Both the position numbers and the translations under genes were made by a program. The notes beneath the pieces were generated by a model that was given only the letters and a program-made list of their open reading frames with translations, made no database searches and had not been told where the DNA came from. Positions 36,401-45,400 of a stretch of DNA of 64,000 nt are shown one piece after another (the stretch's first letter is position 1; each line of letters opens with the position of its first letter). This stretch comes from Elusimicrobiota bacterium (GTDB lineage: Bacteria > Elusimicrobiota > Elusimicrobia > FEN-1173), in assembly GCA_016706425.1 (NCBI GenBank), contig JADJJR010000001.1, positions 385,728-449,727 on the forward strand, in the 5' to 3' direction.

Positions 36401-39400
36401 CCGGATTGACGTGGAGGCCGCCGTCGCGCGTTTCGCCCCCCAGGGCGAAACGGCCGCCTGGGTCGCCGCCGCGGAGATCCAGCGACGGATCGCGGCTCTC
36501 CGCGCTTCCCCGCGGGTGCGCTACGCGGAGGTGGACGCCCTTAAGCGCGAGGCCCTCTCCCGGCTTTGGGCGGAGGTGAAAGACACCCCCGCCGTGCGCG
36601 CCGCGCTGGCCGAATTTCGGGGCGCCAACGAAGCGTGGCTGACGGACCACTTGCTTTACGTGGTATTGAAAAGGCGCTTCCTGGCCGAACCCCCGGGCGC
36701 GGCGGCGGGCCCGATGTGGGACTGGCGCAACTGGCCGGCGGGCCTGCGGGACCGGGACCGCGGCGCCCTCCGCCGCGCCCGCATCGATAACCGCGAGGCG
36801 CTCGCTTTCGAAACGTTTCTCCAGTTCCTGGCCGCGGATCAACGCCGACGGTTCGTGGACCAGTCCCGCCGCCTGGGGGTCGAGGTGATGTTGGACATTC
36901 CCTTCGCGCTGGACGGGGCCGACCTGTGGATCCACCCGGAAGTTTTTGGGTTAAAAAAAAGCGACGGGTACCGGCGATCGGTCACCCAGGGGGTGCCGCC
37001 CGAGTCGGCCTACCCCGCGGGCCAATACTGGCAATTTTATCCCTTCGACTGGTCGAACCCCGCGAGCGCCGATTTTATAGACGAATTGCTGCGGTTCAAC
37101 CAGCGGTGGGCCTCCTGCGTGCGCCTCGACCACGTGTTGGGCTACTATCGCTCGTACTTGTTCAGCGAAGACGCCCGGGGGCGATTGACGTTGGAGAGCC
37201 TTGGCCTTTACCGCGCCCTGCGGGAATTGCAGGAACGCGGCCGCGCGGCGGGGGACGACGTCAAGCGCGCCGCGGTGGACGAAGCGCGCCGGCTCCTGCT
37301 GGAAAAATTCCAAAGGTTGGACCGGGGGACGCCGGTCGAAGACAATTCCCTGCCGGCGGTGCTGCGGGGCCGGCTGTTCGGCGCGGACGGCGCGTTGACG
37401 CCGGACGCGGCCTTGATCGTGGCGCGGTCGGCGGACGGGACGCCCCCCGGCGGTTCCTGGAACCGACAATACGTCGTTGAAAAAGCCGTTTTTGAAGACC
37501 GGCCCTGGTGGGATTTCCTGCGGCTCACGCCCCGGTCCGACGGCGGGGACGGGGGATTCCTCTGGGAATACCTTTTCGGGTCCGGCGGCGACGTGCGCCC
37601 CACGGACAGCCTGCGCCCGGCCGCCTTCGTCCGCGCCCCCGGGGAAGAAATTCTTTCGCGCCTTCTGGCCACGGCCCAGGCGAACGGAACCCAGCTCGTT
37701 TGGGAGACCCTCGGCACCGTCCCGCCCGGCGTGCCCGAGTCCGTGCGGCGTTTGGGCGGCACCGACTATCTGCCGGTCATTTACGGCGAAAACCCCGGCA
37801 GCCTTTACCACCCCACCCGTCACACGGCCAACGCCTACGTGACGATGGGTCTGCACGATTCCACCACGCTCCGGCACCGCTGGGAAAACGAATGGTCCGA
37901 AGCCGACCGGCGCCATCTCTGGGGACTGATGCGACCGGACCGCGCGCCGCCGGAGGATTTGCGATCTTTCACCCCCGACGTCCGCGACGGGTTGATCGCC
38001 CTGGTGATGAAATCCCCGGCCCGCATCGCGGCGCTGACGTGGACGGATCTTTTGGGGCTGGGCGAAGAGCACCGCATCAACGCCCCGGGGGTTCAGGACG
38101 GCCAATGGACGGGCCGCTGGCCCTTCACCGTCGAGGAAATGGGCCGGGTCCTCGCGACGAACGACGCCGACCACCCCGCCCACGGCGCCCTCACGGCCCT
38201 GCCGCGTCTCGTCGCCGAAGGGGGGCGGCACCGCGGCGCGGCGCCGCCGACCGGGCTGCTGCGGACCGACCCGGAGACCGATGGGGTTATGGTTCAAATT
38301 CGGCCGTTCGGCCAACCCTTCGTGATCGACGCCTACGTGAACCGCCCGGGCGGGGTCCCCCGCTGGCGGGTTCAAGACCCGGAGGGCCGAACCCTGGCCG
38401 ACCTCCCCCTGAAGGGGGGGGATTCTGTCGGGTCCCTTGTCGGGGGCACGCCGCCCGGTGTGACCCGGTGGCGAACCGAATGGCGGGCGCCCCGCCCCGG
38501 CGATTACACCTTCACCGTTGAAATCGACGGCGCGACGTCGGCGCCGGGGCGCCTGCGCGCGGTCCCCGTGGGCACCGATTTGAATCCGCTCTCCCCCGGC
38601 TACGGGCAACACAAACCCTCCCTATTGGCCCGATTGGGGCGGGGCGTGGTTTCGTTGTTGGTGGTTTTGTCCCTCGGGGTCGGGTCTTCGTTTCCCGTCG
38701 ACGCCCGGGAGGAACGAATTTTCGCCGAACAGGGTTGGACGGTGTTGGGGGCTGAAGATTCGGGTCCCGGCGCGCGGGCCATTCGGACCCCGGCGGGGGC
38801 GTTCACCGAGCTTAAGATCCTGAAGGGGAAGGTGCAGGTGGGGTCTATCAAGGGGAATGGGTATTTTCGCTTGACCCCGCCCGACACCGTTTGGGGAACC
38901 AGTTTCGTGACCCCCGGTTATTGGGCCGACGGACGCCAGCACATCACCCTCATCACGGACGCGACCTATTCGACCGACGAAGAGGGCCGCCTGACGGTGA
39001 AGGGGCGGCTGGATTCCCCCCACGTGAGCGCCAACGATTGGACATGGACGTTTCGCCCATCGGACCCTTCGGGAGGGGTGGAGACCGGACTCGCCTTTAC
39101 GTTGAAGGCGAACCGGGAATTCGCTCTGGACCCGGATCGCGCGGATTCGGGCGAGGCGATGAAAATCGCCCAATTCAGCTCCATGAACATCGGCAGCGAC
39201 TGGGACGCCGACGGCGTGACCGCCGGCGACCGGTCCGGTTCGCTGGCCCGCGCCGACGCGCGGGTGTTCGATTGGCCCGTCCCGTTGGGGCGGGGCCAGG
39301 AGGTGGTGTTGGCCAACGACGGCCTCTCCCGTCCGCGCCAAACGCCCACCACTTTTTTCCGGGTTGATAAATCGCCCGGCCCCCTTCTGGTTCAAGGGTG

Positions 39401-42400
39401 GGTGACCCGTTCGAACGACCCCAACGATGACAACGTGGGCGTTTGGCTCGCCTGGGACGGACGGGGCCAAACCCGGTTCCGCCCGGGGGACGTCATTGGG
39501 GGTCCCGTTGAATTGATCGCGGGCGCCCGCCCGCCGGGGGACCCCCCAACCCTCCCGCCGGCCTCGGGTTTTTCATCCATCGACGAGGCGTCTTTCCGGC
39601 GCGCCCAAAAAAGCGTCGAAAGCATGGGGGAATTTCTGCGGGATTATTTCGCCGCCCGCGGTTTCGCGCCGCGCGCGGAACATGTCCTCCGGGGGATCGC
39701 CGAGCATTACACCGCTCCACGCGCCCCCCACCGTCCCTACGCCGACCTCGCCGCCGAATTTACGCCGGGCCGGCTGGATTCCATGGTCAAAGCGGGGGAA
39801 CTCCGACGGCTTCCGCCGGGTGGGAGTTGGATTCCCCCGGACTGGGAATGGAAAGGTCGGCCGATCGGGCGGTGGTACGCCGTGTACGTCGCCGGGGCCT
39901 TGGAAGGCGCGGGGGTGTTGGCCCTGGCCGCAAAAGGATTCCCCCTTTTGTTGGCGGCCTTGGCCCCCGGCCTGGGCGATTCCCTGGTGTTTGATGTTTT
40001 GAGGACGGTGACCGCGGGGGGAGGGGCGTGGGCGCTTTTTCGTTATTTGCATTGGCCTCTCAATCGGGACGCCTTGTCGAACGCTTCCGTCGTAAAACTG
40101 GGGGCCGCGATGTTTCTCGCGGGCGTTTTGGCGGGGTTCCCGTGGTGGGAGCCATTGGCCGGGAACATCTTATTCGGCGCGTTGCTGGCCTTTGTTTCCA
40201 TCGAGCATTACCGGGAAAATTTCAAGATCTTTTCGGAAGTGAAACCGGCAACCGGAGGCGCGGAGGAGTCCCCGGTCCCGCGGGTTCGGCCACGCGACCC
40301 CATGGAAGTCTTGCGGGGCCTGACCGAAACGGCCCCCCCCGGTTGGGGGTCCTGGCAGATCCTTCGGGGAAAGGATTCCGTGGTCTTGCACGCCTACGTC
40401 GAAGCCTTCGGGCGTGAGCCGGTCAATCAATTTGAAATGAAAGTCCGACTGGGCGCCGTGGACGATTGGGGCGGGACGTGGAACCGCGTCCAGGAATTTT
40501 CCATGACCGACCCCTTGAAGGGGGCCTATTGGCGGAACGGGGAGGCGTTTTTCTCGACCCGCCTCCAGGTCCCGCCCGGGAAATACGAATACGAATTCCT
40601 CCTTCGGAAATATCCGACGGGTCCCTGGATCAAGGAAAAAGGGAAAACGCGCGTCCACCGTCTGCTCGCCGACCCGGGCGGCGCCCGCTTCGCCCTGCGC
40701 CAAAAATTCGTGCCCATCCGCCAAGGCCAGGGCACGACCTGGCAGGCGCGGCGGTTGAGCGACCGCTTGGGCGCCGGTTTTGTCAACGCGGAACCGGAGC
40801 GGGGCGCGAAAATCATTCTCCACGCCTTAAAGGACATCGTGTATTACGCCGTGGAAAACACCCAACAGCACGGCCGGCCCGGGGCGGAGGCCTTCGTCGA
40901 CGCCTGGGTGGAGGGGGACGCCCTATTCGTCGAGGTGGTCAACCCGAGCGATTTGCCGCTGCCCGCCGAGTTGGACGGGGAGTATTCGGTGACGTCCCCC
41001 AATCCCCCCGTCCCCAAGGAAAAACGCGGCCCGGGCTCCCGCCGCGGAGAGGCGGTGGCGCGGGTCCGATCCCTGGTTAATAAAGTTTATTCCGACGCGG
41101 CGGTCGCGTCGGTTCTCGCCCCCCGGGCCCGCTGGTCCTGGCGACGCGAACCCGCAACGGGGGCGGTCGTGTTTCGCCTGTCGATTCCATTGCCCGAAGT
41201 CGGGAAAGCGGCACTCGCCCCGTCCGCGCCCTTCGGGGCCGAGGAGGTGGAGATCGCGCCCTTGACGCCGGAGAGCGCGCGGCGGTTCGAGGCCGATTTG
41301 TTGGCCATGGAGCGAGGCCGCCCGGGCGGGTGGCGCACGCTTTCGCGCTTTTTGGAGGAAAAGCGCGCCGCCACCGGCACGCCGCTCGAGGGGAAATGGG
41401 AATTCAGTTTTCTCGCGGTCGTGAAGGGCCGCGCGGTGGGTTACCTGATCGGCGTTCGACCCAACGCCGACAAGCCCTACGCGCGCGAGGATTTGGCCCT
41501 GCGGGGCCTGCCCGTGTCCAAGGGCCTTGTGGTCTTCCGGGCCGGGGTTTTGGACTCCGCCCGCGGACAGGGGGTCGGGCGGCGCCTGTGGCGCGCGGCG
41601 GCGGAGGCGGCCGAAGCCGCCGGCATCGACTACATTTATCAGGACGCCCGCGTGGACAACACGCGCGCCCGGGATTTGTACCGGCGCTTGGGCTTCGTCG
41701 ACATCGCCGGGTTCAACGATTCCTCCAAAGACATCGATTACATGGCCATGGTGGCGCGCACTCGCGATCTTCGATCGTCCACCGGCGGTCGCGCGCCGGG
41801 GATCGCCTCCCAAGTCCTGGGGTTATCGGGCCTCGTTTTCATGGCGGAAGCGCTGGAGCGGTATCTGTCCTGGATGGGCGGACTTCTGTGGATGGCCCCG
41901 CCCGGGGCCACGGGCCCTCCCGCGGCTTTGATCGCGCGGGCCGTGGAATCGGCGCGGTCGGTGGATCGGGCCATGAGCACCGGCGGTTACGACCGCTTGA
42001 CGGGTCTCGCCGGGGATTTGAAAGCGGCTCTCCTCAATTTGGGAAAAGGCCCCGCCGGTCTTCGGTCCCTATTGGAAAACACTTTGGAAACCGCCGAATT
42101 GGCCGTTGCGCAACTGGGCCCTGAAGTGGCCCGCCGCAGCCTCGACGCCCCAAGGGTGTCGTTCCTCTTCGTCGCGGCGGAAACCGCCCTCTTGGCCAAC
42201 GACGCCCCCGCCGCCGCGAAGGCCCTCGACGCCTTGGAATCCATCCGGCCCGGTCTGCTATTTAAGGAAGCCCAATACCACGGGACGCTCCGGTGGGCCC
42301 TGGCGGTGGTTCGGAACGAGCCGGACGCGGCGGCGCGTTTCCAATCCGCCGTCGCCCACCGTTTTGTGGACGGCCTCCTGGGCTGGACCGAAGAATCTTT

Positions 42401-45400
42401 CCACGCCCGGTTCCTCGGTCGGGACGGCGGGACCGCCGGGGGGGACGCCGCGCCGATGTCGCTGACGCTGGCGGCCGCCGCGCCCCGCGTCGCGCCGACG
42501 GATCTGCGCGCGTTGATTAAAGAAGCGGTCGGCGCCCCGGCGTCCGTTTCGACGGCGCGGGCGCGCCGGCTCGGGGTTCCCGCGGACGAATGGTCGCGAT
42601 GGCTCGATCAATTGAAATCCCGGGGCTTGCTCACGGGCGACGGCGCGGGACCGTCCACGGCCCGGCCGCGGGGCGGAGCGGGGCGGCTGACCCTGTGGGT
42701 GTTGGCGGCGGGGTTGGGTCTGCTTTGGATGGCCTTCGGCCCCTTCCCCATCGGGGCTGCGGAATGGCACCAAACCGTTTTTTCGGCGGCCGGCGTCCTC
42801 CCGTGGTTGGCGCTCGGCACGAACCGCCCGGTTCCCCCGGACCGCCGCCGACCGGTCGAACAGGCCCCCCTCGGTCGCGTCGCCGCCGTCAACCTGATGG
42901 ACGCGGGCAGCCGCATCGAAGGCGACGGCTTCACGACCGCGCGCGGGTTGGCCAAGGTCGCGCGGTTGTTCCCCACCCTGGCCCGCCGGGGGTTCACGCA
43001 GGTTTACCTTTACAACGGCCTCTACGCGATGAGCGCGTTGGGGGACATGATCCACCGCGACGGCGGCGCGTCGCCGCGGTTGGTGAAATCCGGGCCCGCC
43101 CAGGTTCGGGTCGAAGGTTACACTCCCAAGCGGATGGAACGCGACGGTCTCGTCTACCGGGACCACGGCAACAATTTCTCCATCGCCAGCATGGACCGTC
43201 TGAACCCCGCGGTCGTGGACGGGGTCACCAACGAAGAACGCTGGGCGCGGTTCGCCGAGGCGGTGGCGGCGGCGCGGCGCGCCGGGTTGGGCGTGGTGGT
43301 CGACTTCAACCCGTGGATCTCCCCCGACGCGTTGACGCCGGAGACCGCGCGCTGGGCCGAGGAGGTCCGGCCGGTTGTTGGCGCGGACCGCGACCGGTCG
43401 GACGAAGAATTGCTGGCACAACCCGACAACGCGGAATTTGCCCTGCTCACCTTCGGCGCCGAACGGCTTTTGGTGAAAAATTGTTTCCCCGGCAAAGACC
43501 AAATGAAACCGAACCCCCGCCACCCCGACTACGCCGCCTACCTGGACCGGAGCCTGCGGCGGTTGATCGACGCCGGGGTGACGGGCGTCCGCGTCGATAT
43601 GGCGGGGGACTTGACGGTGTCCCAGGTCGGCGTGGATTGGGAGTTTTGGGGCCGTTTGATCGAGGACGCCCGTCGTTACGCCGAATCGAAAGGGCAAAAA
43701 ATCCACTTCATCATGGAGGCGTTCAAAGACAATTGGCCCGAACGGTTCCTGGACCGCTACCCGGACAATTACGTCTACCACGCCGCGCCTTTTCACATTT
43801 TCCGCGCGCTCGCGAAGGGGGACCGGGCCGCCCTTCCCGAATTGCGCCGCGACTTGGACGACATCTTGAGCCGCCGCCGGGGGCAATACGTCGTTTACCC
43901 GACCAATTTCGACGAGCCGTCTCTCCGGGCCATGGGGGGGCCGACCGCGGCTTTCGTGGCGATGTTGCTGACTTACGAGCGGCTTGGCCTGCCTCTGTTG
44001 CTGGATCTGCGGGAATTGATGGGAGAGGAAGGGCAGAATATCCCCCAGGCCGGCGGCGAAACGCGAGACGAAGCGGGCCGGTTTCAGCACCCCTTTTCCA
44101 ACCCGGCCCGTCGCGATTGGCGGGAATTCCGCCGGCGGTTGGAACGGGAAGATCCCCTGGGCGTCGGGCCCTGGGTCGCCGAGCTCGCCGCCGCCGACCG
44201 GGTGGAGGTGTTGGACACCTCCGACCCGACGCGTTATTTCGCCGTTCGACTGACGTGGGAGAACGGCGAAGAAGTCGTTCGGGTGTTCGATTTTTTCCCC
44301 GAGGACCCGACCGAGGAAAAAGACGTTCCGCTCCCCGCAAACCCGCCGAATATTCCTTCATTCCGCACCGCCATGGTCAACCTCATGGACGTGGGCAGCC
44401 ATTTGCGCGCCGCCAAAATGGCCACGGACCGGGGGCTGGCCAAGGCCACCCGCCTTTTGCCCTTCCTCGCCGAGATCGGCATGAACGACATTTACATCCA
44501 CAACGGGCTCTATGAACCCAGCGCCGCGGGCGTCGTGGTCCACACCGAAAGCACCGCGGCCCCGAACCTGCTCCGGTTCGGCCCCGCGACCGTTTTCGTC
44601 CAGGACTACACCCCCAAGCGCATGACCGTCACGGTCGATGGCCGGTCCATCGAATTGGGCGATGATTTCGGGAACAACTACGCCGTGGACGACATGAACC
44701 GTTTGAACCCCGCGGTCGTGGACGGCGACACCAACGAAGACCGTTGGTCGTCCCTGGCTTCCTTCACGGCGGCCGCCCGTCAAAAGGGCCTGACCGTGAC
44801 CGTCGACCTCGTCCCCTGGTTGACGCCCCTCAACGTGACCTTCGACCGCCTTGGGTGGGCGAAGGAGGTCGTCAAGGTGGAGGGCGAACGGGCGGCGCTC
44901 TCGGACCGGGCCCTCCTTGAGGCGAACCGGGACCACGTTTTGTTGACGTTTCCCGAAGGCCGGTTTTTGGTTCGGCGGTACATGGGGGTGGACCAGATCG
45001 CTCCCGATTTCACCCACCCGCAATATTTCTCCTATTTGGAATCGCATCTCCGTCGGTTGATCGACGCCGGGGTGTCCCGGGTCCGGGTGGACATGGCCCA
45101 CGACCTCATCGATCCCGCCCGGGATCCGCAATGGGACCTTTGGACCAAGTTGATCAACGGGGCCAAGGCCCACGCCGCGCGGCGGGGGCTATCGTTCCAT
45201 TTCCTGATGGAAGCCTACGGCCCCTGGGCCGTAGAATTCCTGCGGCGCTTTCCGGAGGAACAGGTTTACCATGTCGATCCCCACCACAATTACCGCCGGG
45301 TGGCGGCGGGCAACGACCCCCGCGCCTTGCCGGACCTGTTGGCCGCCTTGAATTACGCCCGGGACGTCCAAAAAGGGCGGTTCGTCGCGTTCCCGACGAA

